From Deinococcus radiodurans R1 = ATCC 13939 = DSM 20539 (GTDB lineage: Bacteria > Deinococcota > Deinococci > Deinococcales > Deinococcaceae): DNA of 32,000 nucleotides. How positions within the stretch are numbered: the first letter of the stretch is position 1; the number at the start of each line of letters is the position of its first letter. Location of the stretch: assembly GCF_000008565.1 (NCBI RefSeq), contig NC_001263.1, positions 281,865 to 313,864 of the forward strand, read 5' to 3'. The translations under genes were made by a program, and so were the position numbers. The notes under the pieces were generated by a model. It made no database searches. It saw only the letters and a program-made list of their open reading frames with translations, and was not told the origin of the DNA. Below are positions 12,625-20,993 of this stretch, one piece after another.

Positions 12625-12745
12625 GGGGGTCTCCTTGGGGAACCGCGCCGGGGGCGGCTCGACAGCGTTCAGTGTAGTCCCGTCAGATCAAAGCCAGGTT
12701 AAACGGGAATTGAGCGGAGACTGGTTCAAAGCAAGCCAGACCAAG

Positions 12746-12774
12746 AAAAAGGACGCTGCCCGTAAGCAACGTCC
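12746..12774 (-). terminator. Rho-independent terminator immediately after tRNA-Ala
   Basis: On the - strand, GGACGUUGC-UUACGG-GCAGCGUCC forms a 9-bp stem with one G-U pair, followed by UUUUU. Confidence 0.8.
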
Positions 12775-12778
12775 TCTC

Positions 12779-12857
<79 letters not shown>

Positions 12858-12867
12858 CAGCTCAGCT

Positions 12868-12896
12868 AGTGTACAGAGGGTTGCCGAATCTGTCAA
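12868..12896 (-). promoter_or_regulatory. Near-consensus promoter TTGACA-N17-TACACT for tRNA-Ala
   Basis: On the - strand, TTGACA lies at 12896-12891 and TACACT at 12873-12868. The -10 box ends 13 nt upstream of the mature tRNA 5' end. Confidence 0.6.
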
Positions 12897-12938
12897 CGGG
12901 GGCGAGCGGCACAAGTTCCGGTAAGAGTGACCTTTGGC

Positions 12939-13577
12939 CTACATGCCCATTCTGCGGCGAAAATCTGCCGCGGACGTGAACAGGTGCGCCGACCAGCCGG
13001 CGGCCCGCGCTGCTTCCACGTTTTCTATGCTGTCGTCCCAGAAAACGATCTGTTCGGGGGCAACGCCGAGGGTAGCGGTCACTGCCGCGTAGTAATCGCC
13101 GCTCGGCTTGCGGTGGCCGACGGCGTAACTGGCAAAATGCCCGTCGGTTACGGCGTCCAGGCCGCTCTCGGTCATCAGGTGCTGCACGCGCAGTTGCTCC
13201 TGATTGGTCGCCAGGTAGACCCCCCAGCCGGCACTCCGTAAGTCAGCGGTGGCGGCCAGCATGTCGCGGTTCGGTCTGTTTTCGTACTCCAGCCACTCCC
13301 GGTAAAACTCCTCCGGCGACCCCTCGCGGCCAACCGCTTGCATCAGCGTGGGCAGATGCTCCAGCACGCTGCTTTTTCCGGTGGAAGCGGACTGAAAGCC
13401 GTCGGCGAAAAAAGCCCGGACGGGCGCAGCGGGAAAGCGCGAGCAGAAGAAATCAGGCAGCTCGATCAGGACACCGTCCACGTCGAGGAGCAGCACCTGA
13501 GAGGCCGGGTCCAGCGCGGGCAGTCGAGGGTGTGGCCGCAAGCGCTCTTGCAGGGAGCGGAGGTTCAGTCTGGGCAT
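12939..13577 (-). CDS. HAD-superfamily hydrolase (subfamily IA-like phosphatase)
   Basis: The 212-aa protein has motif I LLLDVDGVL, motif II YLATN, a conserved K (HRKPS) and motif IV FWDDSIENV. The SD GGGAGGA lies upstream. Confidence 0.8.
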   Translation of the reverse strand: MPRLNLRSLQERLRPHPRLPALDPASQVLLLDVDGVLIELPDFFCSRFPAAPVRAFFADGFQSASTGKSSVLEHLPTLMQAVGREGSPEEFYREWLEYENRPNRDMLAATADLRSAGWGVYLATNQEQLRVQHLMTESGLDAVTDGHFASYAVGHRKPSGDYYAAVTATLGVAPEQIVFWDDSIENVEAARAAGWSAHLFTSAADFRRRMGM

Positions 13578-13614
13578 AGTGTCCTCCCACCCAGCCCGTC
13601 AGGCCTTCTGGCCT

Positions 13615-15003
13615 TCATCCTCGTCCCCGAATCTCCTCCAGCGTGTCCTGCACCAGCAGTTCGCCGTCGCGGTAGACGGTGCGCATCAGCGAGCCGGGGA
13701 AATCGGTGTCGAAGGTGCGGTACTGCCGGGTCACCATGCGTCCGTTTTCCTCCACCAAATCCAGCACGCCGTCCTTGCTGCGCTTGCCGGGGTCGGTCAC
13801 CGGGTCTTTGTAGATGCCCCGGTATTCGCCGTCGATCAGGCCCGCGCTGGCCTTGTAGGCGAAGCGCTGGGTGTCGCGGTCCACCTTTTGCAGCAGCGCC
13901 CCGCCCATGCCGAAGGTGACGTTTTCGGCGGAAAAGCCGTCCACGTACAGGTTTTGCAGAATCTGGCGAATGGTGCTCTCGTCTATGCCGTCGCCCTGAA
14001 TCACCCGGACGTGTTGCAGCACCTTGAAGCCCTTGGAGTTGGTGGTGGTGCCGTACTTGGCGGCCAGCGCGTTCACCGCGAGGCGCACCATCGCCGGGGG
14101 GTCGCCGGAGTCGGGACGGACGACCAGGGTGCCGCCGCTCTCCTCGACTTCTTTCCGCAAGGTTTCGCCCCAGTGCACGTTGATGGCGTGTTTCAGGTCG
14201 TAGCTGTCCGAGACGACGGCGTACACCTTACCGGGCTTGCCGAACTGCCGGACCATGTTGCGGTAGGCGTCCACCTCGTGCTCCTTGCCCCAGCTGGTGA
14301 TGGTGGAGTGCTCGGCGGCGGGAATAGAAAAGCCCGCCAGCTCGGCGCCGTAGTAGTTGCGGCCCACCCGCAGGGCCTCCAGGGTGTCGCTGCCCTGAAA
14401 GTTGACGAGATGCGCCAGCCCGCCGATGCCCGCGCTTTCGCGGCTGCTCACGCCGCGCGAGCCGAAATCGTGCAGCTTGAAGGGCAGCTCCTCGGCGGCG
14501 CGGTCGGAGGTGTCTTCCAGCGCCTGCCGAATGATTTCGCGGATATGCCAGCTCTGGGTGCAGACGGTGGTGGGATACCACACCCGCATCAGCATCGTCT
14601 CGAACCAGCCGGGCAGCCAGGGCAGCTCGGGGTCGGTGTTGGTGCAGCTCATCAGCACGTTGTGGATGGGCACCAGCGTCCCTTCGGGCACCGCGCGGAT
14701 TTCCAGCGGCAGCTTGCCGCCGTGCACCTCCACTACTCGCCGCCAGCCCTCATAGGGAAACGGCTCGCCGTGCGCCTCGATGACGGCGCGGGCTTCTTCG
14801 ACCATCTCCATCGTCACCCGGCGGGTCAGGTAGCGGCTCAGGATGTACTGCAAGCCGAAAAAGCGCGTGACCGGGTAGCGCCCGCCGCGCGATTCCAGAT
14901 ATGAAAACAGCCGGGTGGTGCCGGGCGGGTACTGCAAAAAGTGGCTCGACTTGTACGAGTCGGTGTCCAGAATCAGGTTGAGGTCCGAAAGCGGGGTGGT
15001 CAT
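13615..15003 (-). CDS. nadV: Nicotinamide phosphoribosyltransferase (NAMPT/NadV, PBEF-like)
   Basis: The 462-aa protein begins NLILDTDSYKSSHFLQYPPGT..., the NAMPT-type start. It also contains KLHDFGSRGVSS and VRPDSGDP. Confidence 0.9.
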   Translation of the reverse strand: MTTPLSDLNLILDTDSYKSSHFLQYPPGTTRLFSYLESRGGRYPVTRFFGLQYILSRYLTRRVTMEMVEEARAVIEAHGEPFPYEGWRRVVEVHGGKLPLEIRAVPEGTLVPIHNVLMSCTNTDPELPWLPGWFETMLMRVWYPTTVCTQSWHIREIIRQALEDTSDRAAEELPFKLHDFGSRGVSSRESAGIGGLAHLVNFQGSDTLEALRVGRNYYGAELAGFSIPAAEHSTITSWGKEHEVDAYRNMVRQFGKPGKVYAVVSDSYDLKHAINVHWGETLRKEVEESGGTLVVRPDSGDPPAMVRLAVNALAAKYGTTTNSKGFKVLQHVRVIQGDGIDESTIRQILQNLYVDGFSAENVTFGMGGALLQKVDRDTQRFAYKASAGLIDGEYRGIYKDPVTDPGKRSKDGVLDLVEENGRMVTRQYRTFDTDFPGSLMRTVYRDGELLVQDTLEEIRGRG

Positions 15004-15055
15004 GGGGGGTCCTCCAGTACGGCGAGCAATGAGGCAGGGGCAGAGCGGGAGAGGC

Positions 15056-15900
<845 letters not shown>

Positions 15901-15904
<4 letters not shown>

Positions 15905-16197
15905 GCCTTTTCCCCGAGCTGGCTGTCCTCTGGCTCATCGGCCCCAGGTTCATCAGAGAAGTCGAGCAAAGTCTGCTTGCTGCGCTCGCGCAGGAGCCGA
16001 GGCGCGTCGGTGTCGGGAGTGAAGGTCAGGTGGCCCTGCGCCGCCCGCACGCGGTAGCCCTGGCCGTCGGCGGCGCCGGGCAGCCACTCGGCGGGAAGTT
16101 GAAAGGTGCGGCCCTGCTCGTCTTCCACGTCGGCGAGCCCGGCGTCCTCGTCGAGCACGTCAATCACCAGCAAGGTGTCGGCGGAGTCTTGCGTCAT
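15901..16197 (-). CDS. Small acidic protein, DUF3006-like
   Basis: The ORF encodes 98 aa. The pattern LLVIDVLDEDAGLADVEDEQGRTFQLPAEWLPGAADGQGYRV resembles DUF3006 as I remember it. Its stop overlaps the phosphoesterase start by 4 nt. Confidence 0.6.
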
Positions 16198-16240
16198 GCC
16201 GCGAGTCTAGAGGGAATAAGCAGAGGGGGTAAGGAAACGA

Positions 16241-17713
16241 TTACCGCTCGGCAAGCACCGCCCGCGCCTCCGCGACCTCGTTCCAGGGGAGCGTCTCCGT
16301 CGCGCGTTCAAGGGTGTCCTCGGGGCCCTTGCCCGCCAGTAGCACGGTGTCGCCCGGCTGCGCGTGCGTGACGGCATACCGGATGGCCTCGCGCCGGTCG
16401 CCGATACTGACGAAGTTGCTGCGGCCTTCCTCGCGGGCGCCGCGCTCCATCTCATTCAGGATGTCCTGAAGTGGCGTATCGCGGCAGTCCTCCTCCGTCA
16501 AAATCGCGTGGTCGGCCAGCCGCGTCGCCACCTCGCCGAGCGGTGCGCGCTTGTACGGGTCGCGCGGGCCGCCCGCTGAGCCGATGACCACCCACAGGTG
16601 CCCGGCGGTGGTCGCCCGCAGCGTGCCGAGCGCCTTTTCCAGACTCGGCGGCGTGTGCGCGAAATCCACGATGACGCGGGGAGAGGTTGCACCGCCCGGC
16701 ACGAGTTCCATGCGCCCCGGCACGCCCCGGAAGGACGCCAGGCCCGCCTGAAGTTGCAAGGCGGTGGCGCCGAGGTGATGGGCCGCCGCCATGCCCGCCA
16801 GCGCGTTGGCGACGTTGAAGCGGCCAATCATCGGCAGCTCGGCCTGAAAGTCGCCCGCCGGAGACACCACCCGGAAATGCAGCCCGCTGTGGCGCTCCTC
16901 GATGTCCTGTGCCCGCCAGTCGGCGTGCTGGTTCTCGGCGGAGTAGGTCGTTTCCCCCGGCGCGATGCCCCGCAGTTGCGCGGTCCAGGGGTCGTCCACG
17001 TTCAGCACGGCGAAGCGGGCGCGCTCGACCAGTTTGCGTTTGTCGGCGAAGTAGTTGTCCAGCGTGCCGTGAAAGTCGAGGTGTTCGCTGCTCAGGTGCG
17101 TCCACACCGCCACGTCCCAGTCCACGCCGCGCACCCGGTCGAGCGACAGCGCGTGGCTGCTCGCTTCGAGGACCGTCGCCTGCGCGCCCGCCGCCACCAT
17201 CTCGCGCAGCGTGTCCTGCACCTGCGGCGCCTCGGGCGTGGTGAAGTGCGCGGGAAAATGCCGCAATTCGCCGTCGGGCAGCTCATAGCCGACGGTGGAC
17301 AGCAGCCCGGTGGCGAGCCCCGCCGAGCGCAGCAGGTGCCGGGTCAGCCAGCTCGTCGTCGTCTTGCCGTCGGTGCCGGTCACGCCGACCACCTTCAACT
17401 CGCGGCTGGGGTGCCCCGCCAGGGCCGCCGCCGCGTCGGCCAGTGCAGCGCGGGCGTTCGGCACCGTCAGGTAGGGCAGCGGCGAAGTTTGCCCGTCTGC
17501 CAGTCCTTCTCCCAGCACCGCCACCGCGCCCGCCGCCTGCGCCTGTTCCATAAAGCTGTGCCCGTCGAACTTGGCGCCCCGAATCGCCACGAATGCGGAG
17601 CCCGGCTGCACCCACGCCGCGTTGTGGGTCACGCCCGTCACCTCGGTGTCGGTCTGGGGGTCGGTCTCAGGAGCAGGCAACTGAAGTGCGGCGGCGAGGT
17701 CGGAAAGGCGCAT
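16241..17713 (-). CDS. murE: UDP-N-acetylmuramoyl-L-alanyl-D-glutamate ligase (MurE; third-residue-adding enzyme)
   Basis: The 490-aa protein has the P-loop GVTGTDGKTTT, the Mur ligase middle and C-terminal domains, and GSAGGPRDPYKR. Confidence 0.92.
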   Translation of the reverse strand: MRLSDLAAALQLPAPETDPQTDTEVTGVTHNAAWVQPGSAFVAIRGAKFDGHSFMEQAQAAGAVAVLGEGLADGQTSPLPYLTVPNARAALADAAAALAGHPSRELKVVGVTGTDGKTTTSWLTRHLLRSAGLATGLLSTVGYELPDGELRHFPAHFTTPEAPQVQDTLREMVAAGAQATVLEASSHALSLDRVRGVDWDVAVWTHLSSEHLDFHGTLDNYFADKRKLVERARFAVLNVDDPWTAQLRGIAPGETTYSAENQHADWRAQDIEERHSGLHFRVVSPAGDFQAELPMIGRFNVANALAGMAAAHHLGATALQLQAGLASFRGVPGRMELVPGGATSPRVIVDFAHTPPSLEKALGTLRATTAGHLWVVIGSAGGPRDPYKRAPLGEVATRLADHAILTEEDCRDTPLQDILNEMERGAREEGRSNFVSIGDRREAIRYAVTHAQPGDTVLLAGKGPEDTLERATETLPWNEVAEARAVLAER

Positions 17714-17788
17714 AGGGGAGAGGGTAGAGCTTCTTTTGACCCTCTACCAAGGGGAGAGGGCCTTGCAAAGCAAGGGGTGAGGGGTCTC

Positions 17789-18412
17789 TCAGCGCAGCAG
17801 CGGCAGCCCGTAGCCGTGTGCCTGCACCCGCCCGCACACCCACTCGAAGGCCTGCGGGTCGTGCACGAAGTCGAGGGCGTCGCCGTCCACCCGCACCACC
17901 GGGCACAGGTCGAAGGCGGCAATCCACCCGGCGTAGAGCCGGTTCAGGCCCGCGAGGTACTCGTCGGGGATGGCCTGCTCGTAGTCGCGTCCGCGCAGAG
18001 CGATGCGCCGCCGCAGCGTAGGCAGCCCCGCGTCGATGTGAATCAGCAGGTCCGGCACCCGCAGCGCGGGCAGCACGCCTTCGTACAGGCCCCGGTAGGT
18101 CTGCCAGTCGCGCTCCCCCATCTGGCCTGACTCGTAGAGGTTGCGGGCGAAGATGTTGGCGTCCTCGAACACGGTGCGGTCCTGAATCACGTAGCGCGCG
18201 CCCGTCACCATACCGAGGTGCTGCTCGAGCCGCCGCGACAGGAAATACACCTGCGAGTGAAAGGAGTACTGTCGCATATCGTGGTAAAAGTCTTCCAGGT
18301 AGGGGTTTTCGGCATACGGCTCGTACACCGGGCGCAGGCCGTAGCGCTCGGCGAGCATCCGCGTCAGCGTGCTTTTGCCGCTGCCGATGTTGCCCGACAC
18401 CGCCACGTACAT
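17789..18412 (-). CDS. Deoxynucleoside kinase (dAK/dGK family), downstream paralogue
   Basis: The 207-aa protein starts at MYVAVSGNIGSGKSTLTRMLAERYGL (P-loop). The ERS-like motif here reads DRTVFED. Its ATG overlaps the upstream TGA (TGATG). The 430-aa ORF on the track is an artefactual N-terminal extension. Confidence 0.85.
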   Translation of the reverse strand: MYVAVSGNIGSGKSTLTRMLAERYGLRPVYEPYAENPYLEDFYHDMRQYSFHSQVYFLSRRLEQHLGMVTGARYVIQDRTVFEDANIFARNLYESGQMGERDWQTYRGLYEGVLPALRVPDLLIHIDAGLPTLRRRIALRGRDYEQAIPDEYLAGLNRLYAGWIAAFDLCPVVRVDGDALDFVHDPQAFEWVCGRVQAHGYGLPLLR

Positions 18413-19029
18413 CAGCGGTCCTCCCCGGCGGGGGCCTGCGCGAGTGCCGCGTCGATCTGGTCGAAAATCGCCTGCTGGTCGGCTTCGTTCGCCACGAAGT
18501 CGTAGTTCCCCGCCTCCAGAATCAGGTGCGGGTGGGCGTAGGTGCGGAAATAGTCGTCGTAGCGCCCCGTCAGGTCGGCGAGGTAGGCGGCCTTCATGTC
18601 GTGCTCGAAGGGTCGGCCCCGCCGGGCGATGCGGCGCAGCAATTCCGGCGGGTCGGCCCGCAGGTACACCACCAGGTCGGGCGTGGGCAGCCGGGGCGAG
18701 AGGTGGCCGTAGAGGTCCTGATACAGGTCGAACTCGGCGTCGCGCAGGTTCATCGCCGCGAAGATGAAGTCCTTGTCGAACAGGTAGTCGCTGACCACCT
18801 CCGGGCGGTAAAGCCCCGGCTGCCACAGTTGCGAGAGCTGCTTGAAGCGCGAGAGCAGAAAAAACGCCTGCACCTGAAAGGCGTAGGCCTGCGGCTGCTC
18901 GTAGAACTTCGCCAGGAAAGGGTTTTCCTCCACCACTTCCAGATTCAGCTCTGCCCCGCTGCGCTGCGCCAGCCGCTGCGCGAGGCTCGTTTTGCCCACT
19001 CCGATCGGCCCTTCCACCACGACATACAT
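18412..19029 (-). CDS. Deoxynucleoside kinase (dAK/dGK family), upstream paralogue
   Basis: The 205-aa protein begins MYVVVEGPIGVGKTSLAQRLAQR (P-loop), and the rest of the sequence is dNK-like. Confidence 0.85.
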   Translation of the reverse strand: MYVVVEGPIGVGKTSLAQRLAQRSGAELNLEVVEENPFLAKFYEQPQAYAFQVQAFFLLSRFKQLSQLWQPGLYRPEVVSDYLFDKDFIFAAMNLRDAEFDLYQDLYGHLSPRLPTPDLVVYLRADPPELLRRIARRGRPFEHDMKAAYLADLTGRYDDYFRTYAHPHLILEAGNYDFVANEADQQAIFDQIDAALAQAPAGEDR

Positions 19030-19111
19030 CAGGAGGAAGTGTAGAGCGTAGCGGGAAAAGAGATGCCCCTTCGCCCGCCACGCCCTTTTGCCGCGCTCGC
19101 TTGCCCGGCTC

Positions 19112-20211
19112 TTAGCCCACCGTGCGCTTGAGCAGCGTTACCGGCACCTTGACCTGCTGGCGGTCGCGCCACAGGGTCAGGGTCACCGTTTCGCCGGGGC
19201 GCTTGGCCGCGACCAGCCGGATCACGTCAAAGGAGTTACGCACGCTCTGGCCGTCCACCGCCACGATCACGTCGCCCAGCGGGGCGAGCAGTTGCCCCTT
19301 GGCGTTGCGTAGCGAGCCGCGCAGGTCGGCCACAGCGGCGGCGCTTCCGGCGGCCACCTCGTCCACCAGGGCGCCCTCGGCACTCGTCAGGCCCGCGAAC
19401 TCGCGCAGCCGGGGTCGAGGGTGTCGAGGTCCACCAGGGTCGCGCCCAGGGTGCCGCGCTGCGGGGCGCCGGTCTTTTCGAGGTCGTCCACGCTCTGCGC
19501 CACCAGGTCGCTCGGCAGCGCCAGCCCGATCAATCCCGCCACCGCCAGGTTCGGCGCGGCGTTGGCGGCGGCCACCCCGACCACGGCGCCGCGCGAGTCG
19601 AGGACCGGGCCGCCGGAGTTGCCCTGCTGGATGCTGGCGGTGGTCGCCAGGTACTGCCCGACCTCCTGGGCAATCGTGTCGGTGCGCGGCACGTCGCGGG
19701 CGCTGGCGAGCACGCTGAAAATCCCGGTGCTCACGAAGTTGGGAAAACGCAGCGGCGTGCCGATGACCAGCAGCTTTTGTCCCGGCACCAGCCGCGCACT
19801 GTCTCCGAACGCCAGCGTGCCCGGCGCCGTGACCCCCTGCACCCGCAGCAGCGCGATGTCGATGCCGGGGTCGGTGGCCTCGATGCGGGCGGTCGCCTGC
19901 CGGCCGTTGGACAGCGTGACCGTGATCGCTTCCTGGTCCTCGACCACGTGATAGTTGGTCACGATCAGGTCACGCTTGTAAAAAAATCCGCTGCCGACTT
20001 CGACCGGGTCGTCGCCGGGTTGCAGCGCTTCCTTACGCAGCCGCACGTCGATACGCACCACGGCGGGCAGCGCGGCCTGCACGACCTCCACGGTGTTGAT
20101 CTCGTCGGGGGTGACCAGCGCCTGCTGGGCTGATACCCGCCCGACCAGATATGCGCCGGCCGCCGCGCCGAACAGCAGCAGCGTCAGGGCGGCGGCGCGC
20201 AGGGGCTTCAC
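19112..20211 (-). pseudogene. HtrA/DegP-like trypsin-fold serine protease with a PDZ domain, split by a 1-nt frame disruption
   Basis: The protease domain ORF at 19387-20211 carries the triad contexts TNYHVV, DIALL and GNSGGP. The PDZ domain lies in another frame at 19112-19414 (RLREFAGLTSAEGALVDEVAAGSAAAVADL...). The frames join at the G-run 19411-19414. Confidence 0.8.
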
Positions 20212-20414
20212 TCGCCGCCGCCCCCCTCGCCGCCCGACTTGCGCGAGTCGTTGACGTAAAAGCCGCTGCCTTTAAAGGCGATGGCCGGGCGCGACAGCAC
20301 CCGTTTGACCGGCGCGCCGGTTTCGGGGTGCTCGGTGTAGGGGTCGTCGCGCATGTGCTGCACGAGTTCGTAGATTTCGCCGGTGTTCAGGTCTTTGTAG
20401 AGGTAGGTGGGCAT
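20208..20414 (-). CDS. FmdB-family zinc-ribbon-like protein lacking all four cysteines
   Basis: The 68-aa protein starts at MPTYLYKDLNTGEIYELVQHMRDDPYTEHPETGAPVKRVLSRPAIAFKGSGFYVNDS. This aligns with the FmdB consensus MPxYEYxCxxCGxxFE...CPxCG...KGSGFY. Its TGA overlaps the protease GTG (GTGA). Confidence 0.7.
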   Translation of the reverse strand: MPTYLYKDLNTGEIYELVQHMRDDPYTEHPETGAPVKRVLSRPAIAFKGSGFYVNDSRKSGGEGGGGE

Positions 20415-20663
20415 CAGTGGGGTCCTTCGGGGCGGGGGCGAGCGCCGGCTGGGCGCCGTCCCCGGCAAAACAGGGGGTCGGGATGGAGAAAGCCCGTCTC
20501 GCACGCGAGCGAGGCCGCGCCCATCCTAGCAGGACGCGGGCCGGGCGCGACCCTGAGTGTCTTACACATCCTGCTCACTTGCCTGCGGCGCTCATCGGTG
20601 TGTTCGGGTGCTATCCTGCCCGCCGAACCCCACACGAGTGGGCGGGGTTCGACTTCTTCGGGC

Positions 20664-20866
20664 AGCGCAAGGCCCCGGCGACACGTGATGTCACAAGCCG
20701 GGGAGACGAGGTGGAGGTCAGCGACTTTTCTGCGGATGCCTCCAGGCCCCGGTGAACGGGCCTACCCGGCGCGTGCTTTGCCGCTCTGAGTCAAAGACTC
20801 CGGCAGGCAGAACCACGCGCAAGCCCGGCGATAAGCCCCGCAGCAATGCGGGCATAAGGCCGGGCA
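20664..20866 (+). ncRNA. glmS ribozyme: glmS ribozyme (GlcN6P-dependent self-cleaving riboswitch)
   Basis: AGCGC lies at 20664-20668, the predicted cleavage site. GACGAGG-U-GGAGG-UCAGCGACUUUUCUGCGGAUG-CCUCC (20705-20743) matches the conserved Bacillus/Thermoanaerobacter core GACGAGGAUGGAGGUUAUCGAAUUUUCGGCGGAUGCCUCC. Nested helices downstream include a GCAA tetraloop hairpin at 20837-20852. The element lies upstream of glmS. Confidence 0.85.
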
Positions 20867-20993
20867 GCTCACCACACCCCAGCAAGTGGCTGTGCGCGGC
20901 GCCGTCCCCCGGTGGACCTTCCCTTTTCGCCCCGGTGCGGAAGCGGAGTCCTCCGGGCGAGGCAAGGCGCCCACGCACGCCAGAGGAGCTTTT

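Noticed and set aside
17789-19081. A 430-aa ORF that appears to span both kinase genes.
   Set aside because: Its N-terminal 223 aa lie in an alternative frame of the upstream kinase gene and are Arg/Pro/Gly-rich. The genuine protein begins at the internal MYVAVSGNIGSGKST (ATG 18412), with the P-loop at the expected N-terminal position.
20415-20504. An N-terminal extension of the FmdB-like ORF (98 aa).
   Set aside because: FmdB-family proteins start with MPxYEY. The internal ATG at 20414 gives exactly this start, and the extension is Pro/Arg/Ser-rich.
20886-20993. An N-terminal extension of glmS (the 642-aa ORF starting at 20886).
   Set aside because: GlmS requires an N-terminal Met-Cys, because Cys becomes the catalytic N-terminal nucleophile. 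MCGIVGY at 20994 has a good SD (GAGGAG). The extension is Arg/Pro-rich and begins only about 20 nt downstream of the predicted ribozyme 3' end (20866), inside the ribozyme-to-ATG leader.
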